The notes under the pieces: generated by a model
Database searches by the model: none
What the model was told of the DNA's origin: nothing
What the model saw: only the letters and a program-made list of their open reading frames with translations
Made by a program: the position numbers and the translations under genes
Part shown: one piece after another, positions 24,995 through 36,249 of the stretch
Numbering within the stretch: position 1 is the first letter of the stretch
Layout: the number at the start of each line of letters is the position of its first letter
From: Octopus sinensis
Taxonomy: Eukaryota
Direction of reading: 5' to 3'
Assembly (NCBI RefSeq): GCF_006345805.1
Contig: NC_043011.1
Coordinates: forward strand, 26,238,464-26,302,463
Length of the DNA stretch: 64,000 nt

Positions 24995-25377
24995 TTTTAA
25001 AATTTCCCTCTTCTAAGTACTTTATCTCTCTCTCTCTTTCTCTCTCCCTCCTACATTCTCTTTTTCTCTTTACCTCTTACTTCAACAAACTTTCTAACTA
25101 TGTAATCCCCCTCTTCATGTTGTTAACATTTCTCTCTTTCTCTTTCTGTTTACATCTGACTTCTATTAACCACGTGATAATGTGGTAAGTGGGAGTCGCT
25201 ATCAGCCATGTCACTCACAACGTAGTGAGTGGAAGTGGCTATTTGCTATCTCACTCATCCCCATCCCACTCTTTAACTCTCACTCTCACACCCCTTCTCC
25301 ATCTCTCTCTTATCATCCTCCATCTCAGTCACTCTCACTCCACCTCTCACTCCATCTGCCTCTCTCTCTAAGAAGCT

Positions 25378-26350
25378 TGTAGCGTACGCTTAGGGCAATT
25401 CCTCTCTCGCTCTGTTATATATACATAAATACGGACGTAGTAGATAACAGCTAGCCTTCGGCCGCCCTTTTGGACCCTGTTGTGTCCACTACTCTGACTG
25501 GTTGGTATTGGCGCAATTTGTTTCTTGCTCTATTGCGCGCCAATATGCAACCCAACCAATCGCAGCCTTCTGATAAGGTCACGTGAGACAATCTCTTCCA
25601 AACTTCCGGTCAGCCGATAGCATAGTATAAAACGCTAGCTCCACACCGTCTCGTGTCTTTCGATTCCAGACCTTTTGAGGTCTAGTCACTGACCACAGAG
25701 CACACAGCCAGTTCCAGCGACAGCACAACAACAGCCACATGGAGACGCATCAATACTCTGCCAACAGCATACAGCAATCTCTTTCTTCGTCGCCTCCATC
25801 TTCTTAACATAGTCAACAACATCTTTCTACGTACACAGCAACCAGCAACACTCGCACAGGTTCTATCTCAACACTGTTCGTGAATTGCTTCACCATGGTT
25901 AACAGCAAACACAACTTCCGAGAATCTTCTGTACCAAGTAACCGGCTCTGCATAGTAGCCACAGCTTCACGCACGACACGTGCCTCAACTGGCTCTGCAT
26001 TGCAGCCTCAACTTCTTCTCACAGCACTTCAACTATCGTGTACCTTGACTACGAACTGGTATTTATCATCCTTGTGTCTGAACATTCTTCTAACGTCATA
26101 TTATAGACTCTTTTAATGCACACACATACACTTTGTATACATGACGGCCTGTCTATTATTATGTATATATGACGCATATACACACATGTTAACATATAAA
26201 TAAAATCTTCTCTTAAACATTCTACCCGGTTGTGTCTCTCTTTTCCTTCTGGCACTTATACTCATTCATCCTTTTCGCATTTATTGTATCGACCGTGCGA
26301 TGTACTAAAGGAGCCATTCTCATCATCTCTCCTTCGCACGGTCGTTTACA
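25378..26350 (+). mobile_element. Solo LTR (Gypsy-like by TSD length)
   Basis: TGTA...TACA termini, 4-bp TSD AGCT on both sides, CCAAT boxes, TATAAAA 25626-25632, AATAAA 26199-26204. Confidence 0.85.
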
Positions 26351-27429
26351 AGCTAAAGCGTAACGTGTGAACGAACGAAACGTGGTGTCCCGTTTAAGAA
26401 CCGCTGATCAAATCTATCGTTGCATTTTAAGACGGCAGATGTGAGTCAGGTGGGTATTCGACTGCTGTTTCAAGCAGGCCGTGTGACCGCCTAGAAGTTC
26501 CATCATTTCCTTCAGCTGGCCCTACCTACTCTCGTTTTCTCTCTCTTGAAATGGGTGCGGCTGGTTATTTCTGGTAAATTTAATCCGATTACATTCTTGT
26601 GGTAAATTAAATCACTCTTAACATTTCTTTTTATAAATATACATCGTTGGATAACTGATATATTTGTTGATCATAGCCATCAGGATATAGTTATTTATAC
26701 AAGAGTATGATACTGCATTCGTTATTTCAGTTTGACACCGTCTGTATTTCTTATTCATGCCACATGGTAACTGCAGATATTTGATATGATCGTACTAAAA
26801 GGCCATTCACTTTCCGCTTAATCAAGATTAATTTATTTTTAGAAATCAAATCACCCGCACATAAGACAATAACCTATTAAATACAAGCAGCACAAGAAAA
26901 CCAAAAAAAACAAAAAAAAACATATAATATTATATATAATTATTCGGTAAAGTAAGAAAGCAATTTCAAACATGGATTAATACAATTTCCAATTGTCTGA
27001 AATATACGGGAGATAACTCTAGCTAGCCATGTTTCGACCTTACTCTGTCCTCATCAATATTTAATCCTTGGTAAATAAATTTTATTTTGTTCTTTACCGC
27101 ATAATTATATCTATTTAGCTTTTCAAAGCTCTCTACATTAAATGTTAACGCTAATCTCTGTTTAATGATAACCTATATAAATTTTGCTTGATTTTCTCCA
27201 GGTGAGACAAAGAGAGAGAGAAAGAGAGGGGAGGAAGGAAGAGAGGCAGAGAGAGTGGGAGAGAGAGTGGGAGAGAGTTAAGAGGAGTTTCAGGATGAGT
27301 GCACGTACTAAGTGTGGTAGCGGGCAACGAGAAAAGGAACGCAAAACACGCACACAATAAGAGAACCAGAATCACAGAGACAAAAGAGAGGGAAGTGAAT
27401 ATTAGATAAGAGAGTGGTAATGGAAGGAG

Positions 27430-27710
27430 TTCAAATTTGGCATAAGTTTTCGATGGCGTGTATAGCGATTATGCTGGTGAAAATTATATTTAAGGGACCG
27501 CAGCTCTTCAATATCCTCCCCCAAAACCTAAGAAACCTATATGGGGGTGGGGGTGGATGTAGGTATTTTCAAAACAAAACTGGATCTCCTCCTGTCAAGA
27601 GTTACAGATGAACCTACCTCGCGGCAAGAAATGCAGGTGAGGGCAGCAACATCAAACTCCTGCGTTCACCAAATGCCACATATCAGAAGAGTTTTCAAGT
27701 AGAGAAAGTG
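27430..27710 (+). mobile_element. CR1-like LINE ORF2 C-terminal fragment
   Basis: KGPQLFNILPQNLRNLYG..FKTKLDLLLSRVTDEPT....RAATSNS pattern. Confidence 0.72.
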
Positions 27711-27889
27711 TAGCAAAGCTGACTGTGGTGCACCAGCATGGCCGTAGCTCTCGAGCTGAAACCAGTAAAGGAAACATACTCTTAAATTATTATTACAAGA
27801 TGAGGGCTATGAGACGGCCGTAATCATGAGAATGACAAGTGACTGAATAAATATATTCACCTCTCAAACCTGACTTTTTATATATATAT

Positions 27890-28104
27890 GTATGACTTCT
27901 CCCCTTCTTCCTAGCTCTCCTGTGTGACCCCTCTGTCCGGTATTTGTCAGGATAGATCGCTAGCCACTAAACGTTCTGTGTTCTTTTCTGTGGAAGAGCG
28001 TAGGCTCGAAACGTTAAAGACTTTTTCACTTCCCGAGCGTTAAACTAATACATCTATTTGTTGTCTAAACCACCTGTCTTCGTCTCTTTTTTGTGAATTC
28101 TTCC
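27890..28104 (+). mobile_element. Penelope-like element 3' terminal (pLTR) fragment ending at (TA)n
   Basis: Homologous to 30727-30900 (minus), including GAAGAGCGTAGGCTCGAAACGTTAAAGAC. Confidence 0.75.
27983..28020 (+). ncRNA. Minimal type I hammerhead-like motif with variant core CUGUGGA
   Basis: CTTTT-CTGTGGA-A-GAGC-GTAG-GCTC-GAAAC-GTT-AAAG. Confidence 0.5.
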
Positions 28105-28124
28105 TATATATATATATATATAGT

Positions 28125-28241
28125 TCATTCCCACTGTGTGGCACCATGGGCAATTGTCTTCTACTATAGCCTTGGGCCGACCAAAGCCTTGTGAGTGGAT
28201 TTGGTAGACGGAAACTGAAAGAAGCCCGTCCTATAAACGTG

Positions 28242-28313
<72 letters not shown>

Positions 28314-28530
28314 TATATATGTGTGTGCGTTTGTGTTTGTCCCCCCAACATCGCTTGACAACCGATGCTGGTGTATTTACGACCCCGTAACTTAGCAGTT
28401 CGGCAAAAGAGACCGATAGAATAAGTATTAGGCTTCCAAAGAAGAAGTTCTGGGGTCGATTTGGTCGACTAATGGTGGTGCTCCAGCATAGCCGCAGTCA
28501 AATGACTGAAACAAGTAAAACAGTAAAAGT
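28125..28530 (+). mobile_element. SINE family S2, 5'-truncated, with internal (TA)n(TG)n
   Basis: Core and tail match the 34657 copy. Confidence 0.85.
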
Positions 28531-28826
28531 ATAAATACAAATACATATAAATATAAATATAGAGACATACCAGTATACTATCTATATTTGCATACATATA
28601 TTAGAATATAAATATATATATGATAAATATATGTCAAGAGAGACATATGTATTGTTAGGAGAGACCGTTTTTGTTCCACTGCTATCCGCAAGAATGAACT
28701 GTGCGTGATAAAGTAATATTTTACATAGATATATACATACTGGTGAGAGGACAGATATTAGGGATGTTAGTTACTTAGAGGAGTAGTTTTTCTTAAGGTT
28801 TCTTTTCTGTTCATGCAATTATTAAA

Positions 28827-29194
28827 TCTCTCTATATATAAACGGCAAAATGTCTGTCTGCGTGTGTGTCCTTTATACAAATCCACAATTTTTCAATTAG
28901 AGGGCTCGCACTTTCTATGGTCATTCAAAACCGTCCAAGGGTGATCGTGCACATCTTTACATTTCTCCAGTCACCCTGCAAAGCCATTAAAAAATCAATA
29001 GAAGTGACTTTTTTGTTAATTTTCTATCCAAAACCCAATCAAAATGCTCGAAACTTGATACGCCAATTGAATGCCAACTAGCTGTATGTGATTGGTCAGA
29101 GATTTGGACAGTACTCGCGTGTATGTGCGCACGCACGCAGCTGTATATGCATGCACTAGCACTATGACCCGGCGTTACCGGGTCATAGTGCTAG
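28827..29194 (+). mobile_element. Non-autonomous Helitron-like element, family HA (368 bp)
   Basis: A|TC start, CTAG|T end, 18-bp terminal hairpin; near-identical copy at 33620-33987. Confidence 0.85.
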
Positions 29195-29214
29195 TTATTC
29201 ATAAGTTTCAAGTC

Positions 29215-29500
29215 GAACATGCTCTGTAGGTTTCTTATGCTTAGTCTAAAGTTAAATCTAAGAATTAGACGATGCCTTGAGTGTGGATTTTAAAATCCAA
29301 CTTATTGAATACATTGAAAAACTCCTTTCTAAAGACAACCATTGTACGACAGTTCACATTTCGCTAATTCATTAGTTTATCATCACAGTAAATACTGAAA
29401 TATGTGAAGCGGAAATACTTCCGAAGTAAGTCTAAAATATACAATCCTATTAATTCGGAAATGTCAACCTGTCGTAAGACGCCATAGTTACATCGAACCT
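29215..29500 (-). mobile_element. Old Nematis-like Penelope RT fragment
   Basis: FDVTMASYD..ISELIGLYILDLLRKYF..IYCDDKL..FLDLTL, a decayed FDVTMGSYDG/GLYRDDGL region. Confidence 0.7.
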
Positions 29501-29564
29501 AAAAAATAAAGAAATTATTGTAAAATAGTAAAGACTCTCTATCGTATGCAATAATATTCGTTTC

Positions 29565-29980
29565 AAATCTTGGCACAAGATCAGCGATTTCGGGGAAGAG
29601 GCTAGGTCCATCACATCGACCCCAGAGTTCAACTGGTACTTATTTTGTCAACCCTGAAAGGATAAAAAACACAGCTGACTTTGGCTGAATTTGAACTCAA
29701 AGGAAATACCGTTAAGCGTGCGAACGATTCTGTCAGCTCGCCGCCTTACCACATGTAATAATATTGTTTTCAAATTTTAGCACAGGGCCAGCAAGTTCAG
29801 CCAGGCGATAAAGTCGATCACATCGACCCTAGTTTTCAACTGATATTTATTTTATCGACCCTGAAAGAAATGAAAAGCAAAGTTAGATTCGGTGGAATTT
29901 GAACTCAGACCTTAAAGACGGGCGAAATGCTGCTAAGCATTTTGTACGCTGTGTTAACGATTCTGCCATCTCGCCACCTT
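29565..29980 (-). mobile_element. Two consecutive diverged SINE S3 copies
   Basis: Each has TCGACCCCAG..TTATTT..GAAAGG..GAATTTGAACTC..CTCGCCGCCTT (reverse complement of the 33004 copy). Confidence 0.75.
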
Positions 29981-30691
29981 AGCAGATACGATAATATTAA
30001 TGTTAGACTAATCAACTGGAATAAGTTCTACCAAATTCTAAAAATTTCTGGAGAACGGACTTGATTAGAGACGGACAAAACTATTATCTCGAAATACATA
30101 AATTCATAAAAATGCTCATTAGCTATCTTACTGAACCAATTAATGAAAGATACGGAATTATTTCGTAATAGGAGACAAATGATTTATTTACTGTTACAAA
30201 TCATGGAATCCTAAGTATTTTTACTGAGAATGCCTGGTTCACGTTTTGTTGGCTTTATTAATCTGACCTTTGGGATTGGCAACAAAATTATTTGAATGAT
30301 TTATAAATATATCGTGTAAGTCATAACACGAAAAAATTCCACACTCTCGTCTGTTTTTAGGTTGGCAGTTAATGCTTTTGCCGCTAAATTAATAGCGTGG
30401 TATGCAGTAGAGTTGATTTTCAAAGTGTCGATAATACTCATTGTAAGCATGCATGCATGCATGCATGCATGCATGCATGCATGTATGTATGTATGTATGT
30501 ATGTATGTATGTATGTATGTATGTATGTATGTATGTATGTATGTATGCACGCATGAATTATGTATAATATATACATAAATATACTCTTTTGCTCTTTCAC
30601 TCTTTTACTTGTTTCAGTCATGTGACTGTGGCCAAAGCCTTGTGAGTGGGATTTGGTAGACGGAAACTGAAAGAAGCCCGTCGTATATATG

Positions 30692-30726
<35 letters not shown>

Positions 30727-30728
<2 letters not shown>

Positions 30729-32648
30729 AACGGGAAGCTTTATGAAAATAGACAAAAGACGAAGGCAGGTGGAAAACAAACAAACAATTGTATTAGTATG
30801 GCGCTCAGGAAATATAAATAAAACAAGTCTTTAACGTTTCGAGCCTACGCTCTTCAACAGAAAGATACACAGAGAGAAAAAAAACACAGAAAGAAGGAGA
30901 GAAAAAAAATGCGTGCAGTAACTAACGAATCAACATGGCGATCTGATTTCGGCCAGAGGTCAAAGATCAAACATGAAACGCGAGAGCGAAATAAGGGGAG
31001 ATAATAAGGTTGATAATAGGGTTGAATGACCCTAGGATAGGTCTGGACAGGCGTATGTATGGGGTTGGTGTATGTATTAGTATGTATTAGTATGTATTAG
31101 TACGTATTAGTATGTATAAGTGTGTGTGTGTGTATGAGAGAGTATAAGTGCGTATGAGGGGTCTGGACGTGTGTATGTATAGGGTTGGTGTATGTATTAT
31201 TTGTATTAGTATGTATAATACGTATTAGTATGTATTAGTTGGTGTGTGTATTAGTATGGCACATCATATATGATGTGATGTGTAAAGTCGTGTGGTGTAG
31301 TGAGGAGAAGAGGGGGAGGGGAGGGGGAGAGGGGGAGAGAAGGGGAGGGGAAGAAGAGGGAGAGATGAGAGGAGGGGGAGGAAGGCGGAAAGAGGGGGAG
31401 GGGGAGGGGAGTGAGGGAGCAGAGGGAAGAGGGAAGGAGGAGGGAGAAAGGAGAAGAGGGAAGAAGGGAAGGGGAGTAGGGGTGAAAGGATGAAGGACTG
31501 AAGAAGTAGGGGTCGGGGGGGAAGGATAGATGAGGAGGGGGAGAGAGGGGGGGGGTTAGATGAGGAGGGGGGAGAGTTGAGACCAAATGGCGTATAAGAG
31601 CGAAGAGAGAAGATTAATTCCTGTTCACGGCGCAAACGGGAATCCGGATGGCCTCTGTGTAAGGACAAACCGAACACAGATAGGTGTTGCAAGGAGTGAC
31701 CGGTGGAGCGGAAATAGCGTGAGACCGGTGTGTCGTTCGCAAGGTGGATGTCACGAAGGTGTTCCGCGAACCGGTCAGCCAAGCGGCGTCCCGTTTGTCC
31801 GATGTACAAGGAATTGCAGAGAGAGCAAGAGACGCAATAGATAATATTGCTGGAGGTGCAGGTGAAGGAGTGGATGATGGGATAGGGTCGATGGTGGGTG
31901 CTAGTGAGGCGGGTGGTGTTGGAGAGGTAAGGGCAAGTGCGGCAACGTGGGCGGGAGCAGGGGAACGAGCCGGGTTGGGAGGTAGGGTCAGGGAAGGAGC
32001 TATGGACCAAAAGGTCTCGAAGGTTGTGGGCTCGTTTGAAAGAGGGGGAGGGGTCGGTTAGGGAAGAGGTGTGAAGTGGACGGGTCGGACTGGAGATGAC
32101 GGAAAGCTCGAAGAATGGTGCGTTGGAGACGTAGGGTCGTGGGGTGGTAAGTGAGGGGAAAAGGGAGGCGGGAGACTACAGGGCGGGTTCAGGGAGAGAG
32201 AGCAGATACACGGTCCACGGACCGTGCTCTGGCAAGGGCGGTGTGGATAGTGGTGAGGGGGTATCCACGTAGGGTGAAGTGGTGAGCCATACGTTGAGAC
32301 TGAGTCTCAAAGTCATGGTCGTCACTACAGAGCCTACGTAGACGGAGGAATTGGGAATAGGGGATGGAAAGCTTGGTGTGTTCTGGGTGGGAGGAAGAGA
32401 AGTTGAGGTATGAGTGTGAGTCTGTGTGTTTGTAGTGAATGGAGGTGGTAAGAGTGGAGTGAAGAATGCTAACCGAAATGTCGAGGAAGGAGACAGAGGT
32501 GTTGGAGATAGTGGAAGTGAAGTGGAGGGCTGGATGGAAAGATTGGACGAAAGAGAGGAAGGAATCTAGATGTTCACGGGAGAGTGAGGTGGCACCGATA
32601 ATGTCGTCAATGTAACGACCATATAGTTCAGGAGTGGGACCAGTGAAA
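30727..32648 (-). mobile_element. 5'-truncated EN+ Penelope-like element (RT, Cys-rich linker, GIY-YIG, 3' pLTR)
   Basis: YGRYIDD (32614-32603), HPEHTKLSIPYSQFLRLRRLCS, CSRPRCRTC, NIIYCVSC..LYIGQTGRRLADRFAEH; one in-frame TGA at 32189-32191 and one +1 frameshift in a C-run near 32045. Confidence 0.93.
30828..30865 (-). ncRNA. Minimal type I hammerhead-like motif with variant core CUGUUGA
   Basis: TCTTT-CTGTTGA-A-GAGC-GTAG-GCTC-GAAAC-GTT-AAAGA: 5-bp stem I, 4-bp stem II, palindromic AACGTT. Confidence 0.55.
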
Positions 32649-32880
32649 TTGTGTGTGTATATGTTTGTGCGTCTGTGTTTGTCCCTCCCCCTCAAACATC
32701 GCTTGACAACCAATGCTGGTGTGTTTACGTCCCCGTAACTTAGCAGTTCGGCAAAACAAACTGATAGAATAAGTACTAGGCTTACAAAGAAGAAGTCCTG
32801 TGGTAGATTTGCTCGACCAAAGGCGGTGCTCCAGCATGGCCGCAGCCAAATGACTCGAACAAGTAAGAGAGTAAAAGAGA
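32649..32880 (+). mobile_element. 3' half of a SINE S2 copy whose 5' half lies at 30632-30724
   Basis: (TG)n-GTGTTTGTCCC..GGCGGTGCTCCAGCATGGCCGC..tail. Confidence 0.82.
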
Positions 32881-33003
32881 GAGGGAGACATACACAGACT
32901 CGTGACTGACTTGCATATCAAAAGTGGGAGCGGGGAGGAGTATGCGTGATATATATACATGCAGAGAGAAAAAGTGAGAGGGATTGTGGTAAATATATAT
33001 AGA

Positions 33004-33424
33004 GAAAGGCGGCGAGCTGGCAGAAACGTTAGCACGCCGGGCGAAATGCTTAGCGGTATTTCGTCTGCGTTACGTTGTGAGTTCAAATTCCGCCGAGGTC
33101 GACTTTGCCTTTCATCCTTTCGGGGTCGATAAATTAAGTACCAGTTACGCACTGGGGTCGATGTAATCGACTTAATACCTATGTCTGTCCTTGTTTGTCC
33201 CTTCTATGTTTAGCCCCTTGTGGGTAATAAAGAAATGGGTATTTCGTCTGCGTTACGTTGTGAGTTCAAATTCCGCCGAGGTCGACTTTGCCTTTCATCC
33301 TTTCGGGGTCGATAAATTAAGTACCAGTTACGCACTGGGGTCGATGTAATCGACTTAATACTTATGTCTGTCCTTGTTTGTCCGCTCTGTGTTTAGCCCC
33401 TTGTGGGTAATAAAGAAATAGGTA
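33004..33424 (+). mobile_element. SINE family S3 with a 183-bp internal tandem duplication
   Basis: Units 33055-33237 and 33238-33420 are near-identical. Confidence 0.88.
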
Positions 33425-33619
33425 AATATATATATAGAGAGAGAGTGGGGAAATTTACAATAAGAAAAGCGTAAAAGACATAGAAAGACTGATAGACAGA
33501 GAGGCAAATTATGTTTTTTGATTACAGAAAATCAAAAATCTTCTCCTTGGAACGCAGATTTCGGAGCCTTTATGTGATATCCACATATGCATACACATAT
33601 ACATTCTCATTCATATACA

Positions 33620-33986
33620 TCTCTCTTTATATAAACGGCAAAATGTCTGTCTGTGTGTGTATCCTTTATACAAATCCACAATTTTTCAGATAGAGGGCTC
33701 GCACTTTCTATGGTCATTCAAAACCGTCCAAGGGTGGTCGTGCACATCTTTACATTTCTCCAGTCACCCCGCAAAGCCATTAAAAAATCAATAGAAGTGA
33801 CTTTTTTGTGAATTTTCTATCCAAAACCCAATCAAAATGCCCGAAACTTGATACGCCAATTGAATGCCAGCTAGCTGTATGTGATTGGTCAGAGATTTGG
33901 ACAGTACTCGCGTGTATGTGCGCACGCACGCAGCTGTATATGCATGCACTAGCACTATGACCCGGCGTTGCTGGGTCATAGTGCTA

Positions 33987-33987
<1 letters not shown>
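33620..33987 (+). mobile_element. Helitron-like family HA, second copy
   Basis: A|TC..CTAG|T; same 368-bp length as 28827-29194, few substitutions. Confidence 0.85.
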
Positions 33988-34028
<41 letters not shown>

Positions 34029-34041
34029 GTGTGCACGCACG

Positions 34042-34090
<49 letters not shown>

Positions 34091-34656
34091 GTAACGTAAT
34101 ATACACGCAAGGATATAGTAGTTAAAATCTTAGCAACCTGGCGCTGCGGGTTCTCCTTTCTCATTTGCATCAGTTACGTATAAAACTACACCCATGTACA
34201 CGCAGTCGCGCACTCTGTCTCACAGACAAACGCACACATACACATACACATACGTACACATATATTTACACACAACAATGTAATCTAATATTAATGTAAG
34301 GATATACTGGCAGTGGCTATTTGGAAATGAAAATGTTAAATAAACCAAAAGTTGGTATTAATATTTGTAGATCTTAGAGCAGTTTGTGCGTATGTCATAG
34401 CATGTGTTAAAAGAAATCATCATCGACATCGTCATCATTATTATTGTTGTTGTTGTTGTTGTTGTTGTTATTATGCGTCTGCGTCATGCGTAGGTATTAG
34501 ACATTCTGTTATTGCAATTTAAAGAGATAAGGAAGGGTATATTATAAAATCTCACTCCCCACACTTACATGTACGCATACACACACAGACAGATACACAC
34601 ACACGCACACATACACAGAGGTAGAAGATATAATATAATTATATATATATATATAT

Positions 34657-34805
34657 GGGCGTATGAGTAGCTTACTTACGAATTACATGGTTCCGAGTTC
34701 TGTCCAACTGCGTGGCACCTTGGGCAAGTGTCTTCTACTATGGCATTGGGCCGACCAAAGCCTTGTGAGTGGATTTGGTAGACGGAAACTGAAAGAAGCT
34801 CGTCG

Positions 34806-34883
<78 letters not shown>

Positions 34884-35060
34884 TGTGTCTGTGTTTGTCC
34901 CCCAACATCGCTTGACAGCAGATGATGGTGTGTTTACGTCCCCGTAACTTAGCGGTTCGGCAAAAGAGACCGATACAAAGAATAAGTCCTGGCGTCGATT
35001 TGCTCGACTAAAAGCGGTGCTCCAGCATGGCCCAGTCAAATGACTGAAACAAGTAAAAGA

Positions 35061-35061
<1 letters not shown>
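34657..35061 (+). mobile_element. SINE family S2, full length, between (TA)n arrays
   Basis: Head, ACCTTGGGCAAGTGTCTT core, (TA)n(TG)n, AAACAAGTAAAAGAG tail. Confidence 0.88.
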
Positions 35062-35108
<47 letters not shown>

Positions 35109-35214
35109 TAAATTCAGTATGCGGCAAAGTAATTTATTTACTAAGCCCTTTTATAAATATATATATATATATATATATATACTTTATTTTAAGCAGCAGA
35201 AAATTCAACAAAAT

Positions 35215-35251
35215 CTGTTACTCTAGTTTCTCGTTGCCGTTCATCAGACAG
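35215..35251 (-). ncRNA. Minimal type I hammerhead ribozyme motif with canonical core
   Basis: CTGT-CTGATGA-A-CG-GCAA-CG-A-GAAAC-TAGA-GTA-ACAG; followed by AATAAA and (TA)n. Confidence 0.7.
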
Positions 35252-36249
35252 TTTTGCTAGAATGGAACTTATATATTAATTCAATCTATTATTCTTACAA
35301 ACGCTACACCTTTAAAAAGAAATGGACTTGTTTGATTGGCCCTTTAGAAAAAAACGGTCAATCTTCGAGCGATAAACAAAAAGGTCAAAAATATATGTAT
35401 ATATATATAAAAAAACTTATAAAAATTATAAAAATTATAAAATCCGAGGAAAAAACCGAGGAAAAAACCTATTGCCGTTAATGAAGACAGTACAAATTAA
35501 TGCATAGAAATTAAACCTGTTATAAATACTGCAATACATATTTATATTAAAATCTACATATATATATCAACATACACAAAAGGATGCGCGTAAACGCCAT
35601 ACATACATATACAGACGTATGAATGAATCTAAATATACACATAAAAGCATGTGTACATATATTCACGCAAACCGTCTCGCACGCAAGCTAAAATTCATCT
35701 ATGTAGCAATTCTCATATACTGAGCAAGGAGGGGGAACGAAAGAAAGGGAAAGAGAGAAAAAGGAACGAAGGAGGGGTGGGGAAAAAACTTGTAACGATG
35801 TTATTGGCGTCTATAGAGACCAGTATACATACACAAGTTTGAATTGATACATATACATACCGTCGTGTATATGTGTGCTTAAGCACAAGCATACTTTCAC
35901 TTACACATACACAGATACGCATGCTTACAAATACATATGCTTTGCTATACACATACTTATATAAACATTTTAATTTTGACAACATTGCTTTTTTTAAAAA
36001 AAAACATTGCTTTTAAAAAATGGGTGCATTAATAAAAATATATACGAAGACATATAAAATAAAATATAACATCCTATTTGGGTCATTATAAATAATCAAG
36101 GTAATCATAATCAAGGTAATATAAATAATCAAGGTAATCCTATGCAATACAATAACATGAAAACAAAGTTGTAGGTTTTTCCTAATATATATGTAGAAAC
36201 ATAAGACTTTGCTATAAATCCGTCGTAGCGCTCAAGAGTCAAAATCAAA

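Noticed and set aside
32189-32191. In-frame TGA in the Penelope-like ORF as a selenocysteine codon (known in some PLE clades)
   Set aside because: It lies in a variable linker, not at a conserved Cys position, is explained by CGA to TGA deamination, and a frameshift follows near 32045.
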